The notes under the pieces are model-generated. The model saw only the letters and a program-made list of their open reading frames with translations, did no database searches and had not been told where the DNA came from. The position numbers and the translations under genes were made by a program. This document shows positions 22,302 to 31,409 of a stretch of 40,023 bases of DNA, piece by piece (the first letter of the stretch is position 1; the number at the start of each line of letters is the position of its first letter). The DNA is from Clostridia bacterium (GTDB taxonomy: Bacteria > Bacillota > Clostridia > Oscillospirales > CAG-272), in the NCBI GenBank assembly GCA_017556685.1, contig JAFYMH010000018.1, positions 1 to 40,023 on the forward strand. Reading direction: 5' to 3'.

Positions 22302-23134
22302 CCGCCGTATTCCCTCTTTCGCTGTGCGCCCTTTGCAAGAAGGGCGCACAGACCCGACTCGTCCCCCATTGCGACGACCTGACGGATCTCGGAAAGGCTC
22401 CCGATCAGGCGGTCAAGCTCGGGGAGCAGATGCTCTCGGTTTGACACGAGGATCTCGCTCCACATCTCGGCGTTGATCTCGGCAACCCTCGTCATATCGC
22501 GGAAGGATCCCGCCGAAAAGCCCCTTTGCACCTCTGCCATCGGCGAGGAGATATAGGCGTTTGAGATGACGTGGGCAAGCTGAGAGGTATAGGAAATGAT
22601 GCGATCGTGCTCAGCAGGGGACGAGAAAACGACCCGAGAGAAGCCGAGCGACAGGAAAAATGCCTTCAGGCTCGACAAAACGTCGACCGAGGCGTCGCCG
22701 TCAGGGGTTAGGATCATCGAGGCACCGATGAAAAGATCGTCGCGCGACGCCTCGATTCCCGAGATCTCGCGCCCCGCCATCGGATGCCCTCCGACGAAGC
22801 GAAAGCCGTGCGCCCTTGAAAGCTCAGCCCCCACGCGGCAGATCTCGCTCTTGATGCCCGCAAGATCAACGACGACGGTATGCCGGGAGATCTCCCCCGC
22901 GTGCTCCTTTAGCCACGCGATCGCGGCGCGCGGATAGAGCGCAAGGAGAAGAAGATCGACCTCGCGGATCGAGTCTCTATCAACAAGCCCATCGTAAAGA
23001 CCGAGCAGATGCGCGCGGTCAAGCGTTTCTTCCGAACGCTCCGAAACGAGAATTCGGTCGCTCGGGCGGTCGGCTCGAATGGATTTTGCAAACGAGCCGC
23101 CGATCAGCCCAAGGCCAACGATTCCAACCGTCAT
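22298..23134 (-). CDS. tyrA: Prephenate dehydrogenase
   Basis: MTVGIVGLGLIGGSFA Rossmann motif and GGHPMAG. The ATG at 23134 overlaps the DAHP synthase stop (ATGA). The track ORF start at 23215 is an upstream extension. Confidence 0.88.
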   Translation of the reverse strand: MTVGIVGLGLIGGSFAKSIRADRPSDRILVSERSEETLDRAHLLGLYDGLVDRDSIREVDLLLLALYPRAAIAWLKEHAGEISRHTVVVDLAGIKSEICRVGAELSRAHGFRFVGGHPMAGREISGIEASRDDLFIGASMILTPDGDASVDVLSSLKAFFLSLGFSRVVFSSPAEHDRIISYTSQLAHVISNAYISSPMAEVQRGFSAGSFRDMTRVAEINAEMWSEILVSNREHLLPELDRLIGSLSEIRQVVAMGDESGLCALLAKGAQRKREYGG

Positions 23135-24132
23135 AGCAAAGCACTCCTCACCGCATTCACGCGCTTCATCAGATCCGAGAAGGCGTCGGGGGGCAGCGAC
23201 TGCGGTCCGTCGCAAAGAGCGGCCGAGGGATCGTTATGCACCTCGATCATCAGTCCGTTTGCCCCTGCCGCAACAGCGGCAAGCGCCATGGGAGCCACAA
23301 ATCGCGCGTATCCCGTCGCATGAGAGGGATCGACGATGATCGGCAGATGGGTCATCTGACGGAGCGCGGGGATCGCCGAGAGATCAAGGGTGTTGCGCGT
23401 TGCCGTCTCGAAGGTGCGGATGCCGCGCTCGCAGAGGATGACCTGTTCGTTTCCTCCCGCCATGATATACTCGGCGCTCATCACGAACTCCTGCAGGGTG
23501 CTTGAGAGGCCGCGCTTGAGCAGGATCGGCTTGCGAAGCGCCCCAACCTCCTTAAGCAGCTCGAAGTTCTGCATATTCCGCGCGCCGATCTGAATGACGT
23601 CGACCTCCTCGAAAAGCGGGATCTGCGACGGATCCATCAGCTCGGTCACGATCGGAAGCCCGGTTCTGCGCTTTGCCTCAAGGAGCATACGGATGCCCTC
23701 GGCGCGAAGGCCCTGGAAGGCATAGGGCGAGGTTCTCGGCTTGAAGGCGCCGCCGCGCAGAAGACCTGCGCCCGCTCCCTTAACCGCCTCTGCCACCGCC
23801 GAAAGCTGCGCCTCGGACTCGACCGAGCAGGGGCCTGCGATCACGGCGAAGGAGTCGCCGCCGATCTCGACGTCACCGATCCGAACGACCGTATCCTTCG
23901 GATGGAACTTTCGGTTCGCCTTCTTGTAGGGCTCCTGCACGCGCTTGACGTCCTCGACGATCTCAAGCGCTCTCAGAAGGTCGATGTCGATATGCGAGGT
24001 GTCGCCGATCAGCCCGAGGATCGTTCTGTGCGCTCCCTCGGTTGCCTGCACCGAAACGCCCTGCTTACCGAGCCACTCTACCAAAAGATCGATCTGCTCC
24101 CTTTTCTCCTGGTCCTTCAAAATAACGATCAT
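23131..24132 (-). CDS. aroF: 3-deoxy-7-phosphoheptulonate (DAHP) synthase, class I-beta, with an N-terminal ferredoxin-like regulatory domain
   Basis: The catalytic core has IAGPCSVES, LRGGAFKPRTSPY and DPSH. An N-terminal domain of about 70 aa (MIVILKD...) resembles Thermotoga-type DAH7PS. Confidence 0.9.
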   Translation of the reverse strand: MIVILKDQEKREQIDLLVEWLGKQGVSVQATEGAHRTILGLIGDTSHIDIDLLRALEIVEDVKRVQEPYKKANRKFHPKDTVVRIGDVEIGGDSFAVIAGPCSVESEAQLSAVAEAVKGAGAGLLRGGAFKPRTSPYAFQGLRAEGIRMLLEAKRRTGLPIVTELMDPSQIPLFEEVDVIQIGARNMQNFELLKEVGALRKPILLKRGLSSTLQEFVMSAEYIMAGGNEQVILCERGIRTFETATRNTLDLSAIPALRQMTHLPIIVDPSHATGYARFVAPMALAAVAAGANGLMIEVHNDPSAALCDGPQSLPPDAFSDLMKRVNAVRSALL

Positions 24133-24165
24133 ACCCTATCTCCTTTATGATTTTTAAGCCTCGCG

Positions 24166-24199
24166 AAAAAAGAAAAATCCCACAGCGTTTGCTGCGGGA
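24166..24199 (-). terminator. Intrinsic terminator in the aro operon leader (attenuator)
   Basis: On the minus strand: TCCCGCAGC-AAAC-GCTGTGGGA followed by TTTTTCTTTTTT. It lies between the leader ORF and the DAHP synthase RBS. Confidence 0.75.
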
Positions 24200-24232
24200 G
24201 TCGGCAAGTCTACCACTATATCTGCCGTCCTG

Positions 24233-24322
24233 TCAACACAACGCCGAAAAGGCTCTGCCCGTAAAATAATAGGCAAAGCCGAAGCTATAATAAAACTTCG
24301 CGTTGTTTGTCGGAGTCGTCAT
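24233..24322 (-). CDS. 29-codon Phe/Tyr-rich leader peptide of the aromatic amino-acid operon
   Basis: Hand translation gives MTTPTNNAKFYYSFGFAYYFTGRAFSALC*. SD GAGAGGA lies 9 nt upstream of the ATG. There are 5 Phe and 4 Tyr codons, 8 of them within 11 consecutive codons. It is too short for the supplied ORF track. Confidence 0.65.
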   Translation of the reverse strand: MTTPTNNAKFYYSFGFAYYFTGRAFSALC

Positions 24323-24362
24323 TTCGTTTTTTCCTCTCGGAGGCTCGGTTTGGTTTGAAGAA

Positions 24363-24391
24363 ACTATAGCACTCCCGACGCGCTTTGTAAA
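24363..24391 (-). promoter_or_regulatory. Candidate promoter of the aro operon
   Basis: On the minus strand: TTTACA (24391-24386), 17-nt spacer, TATAGT (24368-24363). Confidence 0.6.
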
Positions 24392-24449
24392 GTAGTTTTT
24401 TCGAAAGTTCACAAAAAGTTCATATATTTCGGAACAGCCGTTCCCCTGC

Positions 24450-24478
24450 TTTACAAAAACGCTTCGATATGTTATAAT
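24450..24478 (+). promoter_or_regulatory. Promoter for comM
   Basis: TTTACA (24450-24455), 17-nt spacer, TGtTATAAT (TATAAT at 24473-24478). Confidence 0.65.
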
Positions 24479-24534
24479 AAGGCAGAAAATCTAACTTCCG
24501 CGAGATGCGTCTCCGCGGAGATTCGGAGGACAGG

Positions 24535-26079
24535 ATGCTCTCGAAAATCTATTCCGCAGGGCTTGTTGGGATCGACGGCTTTGAGGTCACGGTCGAATGC
24601 AGCGGCTGGGACCGCATCCCCGCCTTTGAGCTCGTCGGGCTTCCCGACGCGGCGGTCAAGGAGGCAAAGGAGCGCGTGCGCGCCGCCTGCGAAAATACTG
24701 GGATCTTCTTCCCGTCGATGGAGCTTTGCGTCAATTTGGCGCCCGCAAGCCTGAAAAAGGAGGGCTCCTCCTTTGATCTCGCCATTCTTTGCAGCATCCT
24801 GCAATGCGACGGAAAGATCCCCCGCTCGCTGTCGCTTCTGGATAAATGCTTTATCGGCGAGCTCTCGCTCTCGGGCGAGCTTCGCGCCGTCGACGGCGTT
24901 CTTCCGATGAGCCTTGCCGCAAAGGCGGCGGGGAGATCGGAGATCTTCGTTCCGATCGAGAACGCCAAGGAGGCGGCGGTCGCCTCGGGCATTACGGTGT
25001 ACGGCGTCGGTCACGTGCGCGATCTTCTGCTCCATCTCCGAGGGGAAAAGCTCCTTGAGCCAACCGTCTTTGACGCCGATACCTTCCGCACGCGCGCGCA
25101 AAAGGCAGTCCCCGACTTCTCTGAGGTGCGCGGTCAGGCGAAGGCAAAGCGCGCGCTTGAGATCGCGGCGGCAGGAGGGCATAACGTCCTTCTGATCGGT
25201 CCTCCCGGCTCGGGCAAGTCAATGCTGGCAAAGCGCCTGCCCGGCATCCTTCCCGATCTTACCTTCGACGAGGCGATCGAGATCACGAAGGTACATTCGG
25301 TGCTCGGGCTCGTTCGGCAGGAGAATCTCATAACGAGCCGCCCCTTCCGCTCTCCGCATCATACCGTCAGTCCTGCCGGCATGGTTGGCGGCGGAAGCTA
25401 TCCGCAGCCTGGTGAGATCTCGCTCTCGCATCACGGCGTGCTCTTTCTCGACGAGCTTCCCGAGTTTCCGAAGCAGATCACAGAGGCGCTGCGCCAGCCG
25501 CTCGAGGACGGCTGTGTAACCGTCACGCGTGCGCGGCAAAAGGTGACCTATCCCTCGTCGTTTATGCTCGTTTGCGCCATGAACCCCTGCCGTTGCGGCT
25601 ACTTTGGCGACCCCAGCCACGAATGCACCTGCTCTCCCGATTCGGTCAGACGATATCTCTCGCGGGTCAGCGGCCCCCTGCTTGACCGCATCGATATTCA
25701 GGTTGAGGTCCCTGCCGTCAGCTACGACGAGCTCAGCGCTCCGCCCTCGGGGGAGGAGCGCTCGGACGCCGTCAAGGCGCGTGCGGATGCGGCGCGACAG
25801 TTCGCCGCACGGCGCGCCGAGGCGCTCGGTGACGCGGCAACCCCGAACGCGCGCCTGACCTCGGCACAGCTTCGCCGTCATTGCAGGCTCGACGGCGGCG
25901 CAGAGGCGGTTTTGCGCGCCGCCTACGAGGAGCTCGGTATGTCGGCACGCGGACACGACAGGGTCCTGCGCGTTGCAAGAACGATCGCAGATCTTGCCGA
26001 AAGCGAGCTGATCTCGGCGCGGCATATCGCCGAGGCGATCGGACTCCGCTCGCTTGATCGCAAATATTTTGCTCATTAA
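24535..26079 (+). CDS. comM: YifB/ComM-family Mg-chelatase-like AAA+ ATPase
   Basis: [21 protein letters not shown] at the N-terminus, Walker A GPPGSGKS and Walker B VLFLDE. ATG at 24535 after GGAGGA. The track start at 24505 is an upstream extension. Confidence 0.9.
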   Translation: MLSKIYSAGLVGIDGFEVTVECSGWDRIPAFELVGLPDAAVKEAKERVRAACENTGIFFPSMELCVNLAPASLKKEGSSFDLAILCSILQCDGKIPRSLSLLDKCFIGELSLSGELRAVDGVLPMSLAAKAAGRSEIFVPIENAKEAAVASGITVYGVGHVRDLLLHLRGEKLLEPTVFDADTFRTRAQKAVPDFSEVRGQAKAKRALEIAAAGGHNVLLIGPPGSGKSMLAKRLPGILPDLTFDEAIEITKVHSVLGLVRQENLITSRPFRSPHHTVSPAGMVGGGSYPQPGEISLSHHGVLFLDELPEFPKQITEALRQPLEDGCVTVTRARQKVTYPSSFMLVCAMNPCRCGYFGDPSHECTCSPDSVRRYLSRVSGPLLDRIDIQVEVPAVSYDELSAPPSGEERSDAVKARADAARQFAARRAEALGDAATPNARLTSAQLRRHCRLDGGAEAVLRAAYEELGMSARGHDRVLRVARTIADLAESELISARHIAEAIGLRSLDRKYFAH

Positions 26080-26169
26080 ATTCAAAGAGCGACTCTTTTA
26101 CGCGACCGTCCTTCCGGACAGTTTGCGAAAAAGAGCCGCTCTTTTTTTCGGGCTTCCCTTGCCGTTGGC

Positions 26170-26985
26170 TTAAAGGAGCGAATGCTCAAGGAAGGCGTCG
26201 CCGAAACGGACGTCCACCGAGGTGCATCCGAGGGCAAGGAGGCGCTCGGCGCTTCTCTCAAAGGCGTATCCTATGTTCCCCGGCGTATGCGCGTCGGAGG
26301 TCAATATGAAGCGCGCACCAAGCTCGAGCGCCGCTGAGATCAGTCGGTCCGAGGGGTACGCCTCGCTCCGATAGCCGCGCGCGACGGCGCCGCTGTTGAT
26401 CTCAAGACGGGGCGCGACCCGAACGGCGGCGGCAAGAGCATCGCATGCCGCGCCGTAATAATACTCCGAGCGCGTGTTGATGGGCGAGCCCATCTCCTCA
26501 AATTTCGTGAGCAGATCGAAATGCCCGACGATCTCGGGACGAAGCCGATCGCAGACGTCAACGACCGAGGCAAAATACGCGTCGATCATCGCATGCTCGT
26601 TGCCCCCGTACCCGAGCGAGAGAGCGCGCAAAAGCTCCTCGGGGCTTCGGTCAACGTCAAAGCGGCCGCTCGGCGTATCAAAATAATGCACTGAGCCGAT
26701 CACGTAATCGACCTCGGAGGGGCGCCCCCCTCCGAGCGCGTCGATCTCAAGACCGATCTGCAGAGAGATCCTGTCGGCATAAAGAGCCTTCAGGCGCCGA
26801 AGCTCGGCGAAATACCCTGCCTCGTCGGTCATGCAAAAGCTCGTGTCAAAGGGGGTATAGGCGTGTCCCGAGATCCCGACCGTATGGTATCCGCGCGCGA
26901 TCGCCTCGAGCACGGTTGCCTCGGGAGTTCCCTTTCCGTCGCAAAAGACGGTATGCGTATGCAGATCCGATTTTGGAAGCCGCAT
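26170..26985 (-). CDS. hisK: Histidinol-phosphatase, PHP family
   Basis: [20 protein letters not shown] motif, GSVHY and SDAHTP. The ATG at 26985 shares 1 nt with the hisIE stop (TAATG). Confidence 0.85.
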   Translation of the reverse strand: MRLPKSDLHTHTVFCDGKGTPEATVLEAIARGYHTVGISGHAYTPFDTSFCMTDEAGYFAELRRLKALYADRISLQIGLEIDALGGGRPSEVDYVIGSVHYFDTPSGRFDVDRSPEELLRALSLGYGGNEHAMIDAYFASVVDVCDRLRPEIVGHFDLLTKFEEMGSPINTRSEYYYGAACDALAAAVRVAPRLEINSGAVARGYRSEAYPSDRLISAALELGARFILTSDAHTPGNIGYAFERSAERLLALGCTSVDVRFGDAFLEHSLL

Positions 26986-27638
26986 TACCTCATCTTCTCC
27001 TGCTTGACCTTGTGGTCGACGATTTGCCGCCGCGCCAGCTCCCGACGGATCTCGTCGGGGGAGATCCCCATCTCGACCATGAGCACGAGCGCGTGATAGC
27101 AGAGATCGGCAAGCTCGTAAACCGTTTCCTCGCGGCTCTCGCCCTTGGCGCCGATGATGACCTCGGTGCACTCCTCGCCGACCTTCTTCAGGATCTTGTC
27201 AAGACCCTTTTCAAAGAGATAGGTGGTGTAGGAGCCCGCGGGCATGCTCTCGCGGCGACCGCAGATCAGGCGGTACAGATCGTCGACCGTAAAGGGCTTG
27301 ACCGCATCTCCCTCGGGGGATGCGATCGGACGGTGGAAGCAGCTGACCTCTCCCGTGTGGCAGGCAGGGCCGTCCTTTTTGACCCGTACGACGAGCGCGT
27401 CGCCGTCGCAGTCTGCCGTTACGTCAACGACGTGCTGGTAGTTGCCCGAGGTCTCGCCCTTGAGCCAGAGCTCCCCTCTCGAGCGACTGTAAAAGCAGGT
27501 CAGGCGCCGCTCGAGCGTGATCTCAAGGCTTTCGCGGTTCATGTATGCAAGGGTGAGAACCTCGCCCGTGTAGGCATCCTGCACGATCGCGGGGATCAGT
27601 CCCTTTTCGTCAAATTTGAGTTCGCTTAGCTTCAACAT
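26985..27638 (-). CDS. hisI: Bifunctional phosphoribosyl-AMP cyclohydrolase / phosphoribosyl-ATP pyrophosphatase
   Basis: [25 protein letters not shown] and CDGDAL form the HisI part. The C-terminal HisE part has YTTYLFEKG and EESADLCYH-like [12 protein letters not shown]. Confidence 0.92.
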   Translation of the reverse strand: MLKLSELKFDEKGLIPAIVQDAYTGEVLTLAYMNRESLEITLERRLTCFYSRSRGELWLKGETSGNYQHVVDVTADCDGDALVVRVKKDGPACHTGEVSCFHRPIASPEGDAVKPFTVDDLYRLICGRRESMPAGSYTTYLFEKGLDKILKKVGEECTEVIIGAKGESREETVYELADLCYHALVLMVEMGISPDEIRRELARRQIVDHKVKQEKMR

Positions 27639-27656
27639 GGTAAATATCCTTTCCTA

Positions 27657-28415
27657 TTAGACTCTGACGTCAACGCCCTTTGCGCGAAGGCGCGCCTTGA
27701 GGTCGCGGATCTCGACCGTCCGATGATGGAAGATCGACGCCGCAAGCCCTGCGTCAACGCGGGGGAGCGTGTTAAAAAGCGTGATAAAATCCTCGATGCA
27801 TCCGGCTCCGCCCGATGCAACGACGGGGATCGAAACCGCCTCGGAGACGGCGCGGAGCATCTCGAGATCAAAGCCGCGCTTGACCCCGTCGGTATCGATG
27901 CTGTTGAGCACGATCTCGCCTGCGCCCGACGCCTCGCCGCGCTTTGCCCATTCGATCGCCTCAAGTCCCGTATCGTCCCTGCCTCCCCTTGCGAAAACGC
28001 GAAGCTCTCCGCCGACGCGCTTGACGTCCATTGAGAGAACGACGCACTGATCGCCATAGCGCTTTGCCGCCTCGCCGATCAGCTCGGGACGGCGGATCGC
28101 GCCCGAATTGACGCTCACCTTATCGGCTCCGCTTTTCAAAACGAGGTCAAAATCTGCAAGCGAGTTGATGCCGCCGCCGACCGTCAGGGGAATGAAGATC
28201 TCGCTCGCCACGCGGCGGAGAATGTCGGTAAAGATGCCTCTGCCCTCGGCGGATGCCGTAATATCGTAGAAGACGAGCTCATCGGCCCCCGAATCGTTGT
28301 AAAAGCGCGCAAGCGTAACCGGATCCTCGACGTCGCGAAGCCCCTCGAAGTTGGTTCCCTTCACCACGCGCCCTGCGCGCACGTCAAGGCAAGGAATGAT
28401 TCTCTTTGCAAGCAT
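27657..28415 (-). CDS. hisF: Imidazole glycerol phosphate synthase cyclase subunit
   Basis: MLAKRIIPCLDV...GADELVFYDI...PLTVGGGI...ASGGAG. Confidence 0.95.
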   Translation of the reverse strand: MLAKRIIPCLDVRAGRVVKGTNFEGLRDVEDPVTLARFYNDSGADELVFYDITASAEGRGIFTDILRRVASEIFIPLTVGGGINSLADFDLVLKSGADKVSVNSGAIRRPELIGEAAKRYGDQCVVLSMDVKRVGGELRVFARGGRDDTGLEAIEWAKRGEASGAGEIVLNSIDTDGVKRGFDLEMLRAVSEAVSIPVVASGGAGCIEDFITLFNTLPRVDAGLAASIFHHRTVEIRDLKARLRAKGVDVRV

Positions 28416-28416
28416 T

Positions 28417-29133
28417 TTACTCCCCCGCCTCTCTCAGCGCATCCCGAAGCCTGATCGCGCCGGTATAGATGGATTTTCCGAGAATCGCACCGTAAACCCC
28501 CATCTCGGAAAGGGCCTTGATCTCACCGAGCGAGGAAATTCCGCCCGATGCGATGACGTTTAGCCCCTTGATCTCGCCGAGCCGACGGTATGCGGGGAGA
28601 TTGGTCCCCTGCATCGCACCGTCGCAGGCGATGTCGGTATAGATAATCGTCGAGATGCCCCGACCGTGCATTTCACGGCAGAACTCAAAGGAATCGACCT
28701 CACTGACCGAAAGCCAGCCGTGGGTCGCAACGCGTCCGTCCTTTGCGTCGACTCCGACGGCAACGGCGTCACCGAAGCGGCGCGCGGCGCGCTCGGCGAA
28801 ATCGGGATCCTCAAGCGCCGCCGTTCCGAGGATGACCCGTCCTGCGCCTGCGTCAAGATAGCGCGCGATCCGATCCTCGTCGCGGATGCCTCCGCCGACC
28901 TCAACGAAAAGCCCCGATGCGGCGATCATCCGACCGATCAGATCAAAATTGGCAAGCGTTCCGTCCTTAGCACCGTCAAGATCAACGACGTGCATACAGG
29001 CGGCGCCCGCCTGACGGAAGGAAACGGCAACCGAAACGGGGTCGCTTGCATAGACCGTCATATCGTCGTAATTGCCGCGCAGAAGGCGCACCGCCTGCCC
29101 CCCTCGGATATCAACTGCGGGAAAAATTTTCAC
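28417..29133 (-). CDS. hisA: 1-(5-phosphoribosyl)-5-[(5-phosphoribosylamino)methylideneamino]imidazole-4-carboxamide isomerase
   Basis: MKIFPAVDIRGGQAVRL...HVVDLDGA...VEVGGGIR...ASGGIS. Confidence 0.93.
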   Translation of the reverse strand: MKIFPAVDIRGGQAVRLLRGNYDDMTVYASDPVSVAVSFRQAGAACMHVVDLDGAKDGTLANFDLIGRMIAASGLFVEVGGGIRDEDRIARYLDAGAGRVILGTAALEDPDFAERAARRFGDAVAVGVDAKDGRVATHGWLSVSEVDSFEFCREMHGRGISTIIYTDIACDGAMQGTNLPAYRRLGEIKGLNVIASGGISSLGEIKALSEMGVYGAILGKSIYTGAIRLRDALREAGE

Positions 29134-29753
29134 GATACCCCTCCCTTCATTTCACAGAAGGCGCGAAGGATCGAAAGCCCGACCTCGCCGCTCTTCTCGG
29201 GGTGAAACTGCGTGCCGTGAACGTTGCCGCTCGACACAGCGCCGACGATCTCGCAACCGTACTCCGAGCTCGCGCAGAGCGCATCCCCCACGCCGCGCGC
29301 GCAAAAGGAATGTACGTAATAGACGTAATCCCCCTCCTTGACGTAGCGAAGGATCGGGGAGGAGCGGGTGATTTTAAGGCTGTTCCAGCCCATATGCGGG
29401 ATCTTGTAGGGGAAGCCCCCCGCCTCGTCGATCCTGCGGACCTCACCGCGAAGAAGTCCAAGGCCCCTATGCTCACCGTACTCAAGGCTTCTCTCAAAGA
29501 GCAGCTGCATTCCAAGACAGATGCCGAGAAGCGGGATGCCCTTTTCGACCGCCCTATGCAGAACCTCGGCAAGTCCCGAGGAGAACAGGCGCTCGGCGGC
29601 GTCTCCGAAGGCGCCGACCCCCGGCAGAATGATCCGATCTGCCGAAAGGAGCAGCTCGGGCTCCGCCGTTACGCACGCCGCCTCGCCGATATGGCGAAGC
29701 GAGCCGACAAGGGACGAAAGGTTTCCGACGCCGTAATCGACGATACAGGTCAT
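29130..29753 (-). CDS. hisH: Imidazole glycerol phosphate synthase glutamine amidotransferase subunit
   Basis: MTCIVDYGVGNLSS, LPGVGAFG, GICLGMQLL and FHPEKS. The ATG at 29753 overlaps the hisB stop (ATGA). Confidence 0.92.
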   Translation of the reverse strand: MTCIVDYGVGNLSSLVGSLRHIGEAACVTAEPELLLSADRIILPGVGAFGDAAERLFSSGLAEVLHRAVEKGIPLLGICLGMQLLFERSLEYGEHRGLGLLRGEVRRIDEAGGFPYKIPHMGWNSLKITRSSPILRYVKEGDYVYYVHSFCARGVGDALCASSEYGCEIVGAVSSGNVHGTQFHPEKSGEVGLSILRAFCEMKGGVS

Positions 29754-30340
29754 TTGAGAACTCCCTTCGTCGAGGGAAGCGCCCCGCTGTTGCGAGGATC
29801 GATCTCTACGGCGTCGCGCAGAGCGCGCGCAAGGCATTTGAAGATGCCCTCAATGATGTGGTGCGTGTTGCGCCCCGCGAGCTGACGGACGTGAAGCGTG
29901 ATCCCTGCACTGCGCGAGAAGGCGGCAAGGAACTCCTCAACGAGCTCGGTATCAAACTCGCCGACGCGCGCCGAGGGAAGCTCGACCTCGTACCCGAGGT
30001 ATCCGCGCCCCGAAAGATCGATGGCAACGAGGATCAGCGCCTCGTCCATCGGCAGAATGCGATCCCCATAGCGGCGGATGCCGACCTTGTCGCCGAGCGC
30101 CTCCTTCAGCGCCTCGCCAAGGCAGATGCCGATATCCTCCGCCGAGTGGTGGCAATCGACCTCAAGATCTCCCTTGCAGGAGAGCGTAAGATCAAAGGAG
30201 CCGTGCTTTGCAAAGAGCGCCAGCATATGGTTGAGAAAGCCGACGCCGCTCGCCAGGCTGTATCTTCCGCTTCCATCAAGCGAAAGCGAGAGCTTGATCT
30301 CGGTCTCTCCGGTCTTTCTTTCAATTCTCGATTCTCTCAT
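29750..30340 (-). CDS. hisB: Imidazoleglycerol-phosphate dehydratase
   Basis: RKTGETEI, DCHHSAEDIGI and GRNTHHIIEGIFK. Confidence 0.93.
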   Translation of the reverse strand: MRESRIERKTGETEIKLSLSLDGSGRYSLASGVGFLNHMLALFAKHGSFDLTLSCKGDLEVDCHHSAEDIGICLGEALKEALGDKVGIRRYGDRILPMDEALILVAIDLSGRGYLGYEVELPSARVGEFDTELVEEFLAAFSRSAGITLHVRQLAGRNTHHIIEGIFKCLARALRDAVEIDPRNSGALPSTKGVLK

Positions 30341-30344
30341 GCTG

Positions 30345-31409
30345 TCAACCTCCGACGATTTCTTTAAGCTGCTCGGTCAGGTATGCCATATCGGCCTCGC
30401 TCCCGACTGTAATGCGTGCGTAGTCCCGGATTCGCTCGTCCCCAAAATGGCGGACGATGATTCCCCTCTCGCGCAGGGCCAAGGAAAGCGCCTTGCCCGA
30501 GATCCTCGGGTGCCGCGCCAAAATGAAGTTTGCCATGCTCGGGGGAAAATCAAAGCCGAGCTCGGCAAGCGCCGCCTTCGTGCTCTCGCGCACGCGAATG
30601 ATCTCGCGCCGCGTTTTTTCAAAATACTCCTCGTCCGAGATCGCCTCTGCACCCGCGAGCAGGCTCAGGCGATTGACGTTGTAGGGGTTGAAGCTGTTGC
30701 GAACCGTTTCAAGGTCGGAGGTAAGCGACGGCGCACCGATCGCAAAGCCGATGCGCGCCCCCGCAAGCGAGCGGGATTTTGAAAAGGTCTGCACGACGAG
30801 CAGATTATCGTATTTTTGAGTCAGTCCGACCGCGCTCTCGGCGCCGAAGTCGACGTACGCCTCGTCGATGACGACGAGCCGATTCAAATCGGCGGAAACG
30901 ATCCTCTCGATCTCAGACAGCGCAAGCGCAACGCCGGTCTGGGCGTTGGGGTTGGCAAGCACGACGGTCTCGCGCCCCGAAAGGAAGGCGTCGACGTCAA
31001 CCGAAAAATCCTCTCTGAGGGGACGGACCGTCATCGGAATGCCGTACAGCCCCGAAAGCACGGGGTAAAAGCCGTAGGTGATATCGGGGGTCTGCATCCC
31101 GATCTCCCGATCGCAGAAGGCGTCGAGCGCAAAGGCAAGGATCTCGTCCGAGCCGTTAGAGCAAACGACCGAGTCTGCCGATACCCCGAAATGCGCGGCG
31201 ATCGCGCGGCGAAGGCAATCCGCCGTCGGATCGGAATAGAGCCCGAGCTTCTTTGTCTCCCCTTCGCCGAGCGCCGCGAGAACGCGGGGCGAGGGCGGGA
31301 AGGGCGACTCGTTGGTGTTGAGCTTGATCAGGCGCTTGACCGATCTCGGCTGCTCTCCCGGAACGTACGGAACGAGGGTCTTCAGACCCTGTCGGAGAAA
31401 GCGGCTCAT
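30345..31409 (-). CDS. hisC: Histidinol-phosphate aminotransferase
   Basis: LNTNESP, IDEAYVDF and the PLP lysine motif QTFSKSRSLAG. Confidence 0.92.
   Translation of the reverse strand: MSRFLRQGLKTLVPYVPGEQPRSVKRLIKLNTNESPFPPSPRVLAALGEGETKKLGLYSDPTADCLRRAIAAHFGVSADSVVCSNGSDEILAFALDAFCDREIGMQTPDITYGFYPVLSGLYGIPMTVRPLREDFSVDVDAFLSGRETVVLANPNAQTGVALALSEIERIVSADLNRLVVIDEAYVDFGAESAVGLTQKYDNLLVVQTFSKSRSLAGARIGFAIGAPSLTSDLETVRNSFNPYNVNRLSLLAGAEAISDEEYFEKTRREIIRVRESTKAALAELGFDFPPSMANFILARHPRISGKALSLALRERGIIVRHFGDERIRDYARITVGSEADMAYLTEQLKEIVGG

Noticed and set aside
24133-24360. A T-box riboswitch in the aro leader. AGTGGTAGA at about 24212-24220 (minus strand) loosely resembles the UGGU of a T-box bulge.
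   Set aside because: I find no recognisable Stem I with a specifier loop, AG bulge or GA/K-turn motifs. The GGGTGGTACCGCG T-box consensus is not matched. The leader of about 220 nt is instead occupied by a translatable F/Y-rich ORF with an SD.
24369-24385. GTCGGGAGT upstream of the leader could pair either with ACGACTCCGAC at the leader start codon or with CCGACTCCCG at the terminator foot (an attractive antiterminator).
   Set aside because: This segment lies in the spacer of the only good promoter I can find, so it is probably not transcribed. I keep it only as something to revisit if the real transcription start is further upstream.
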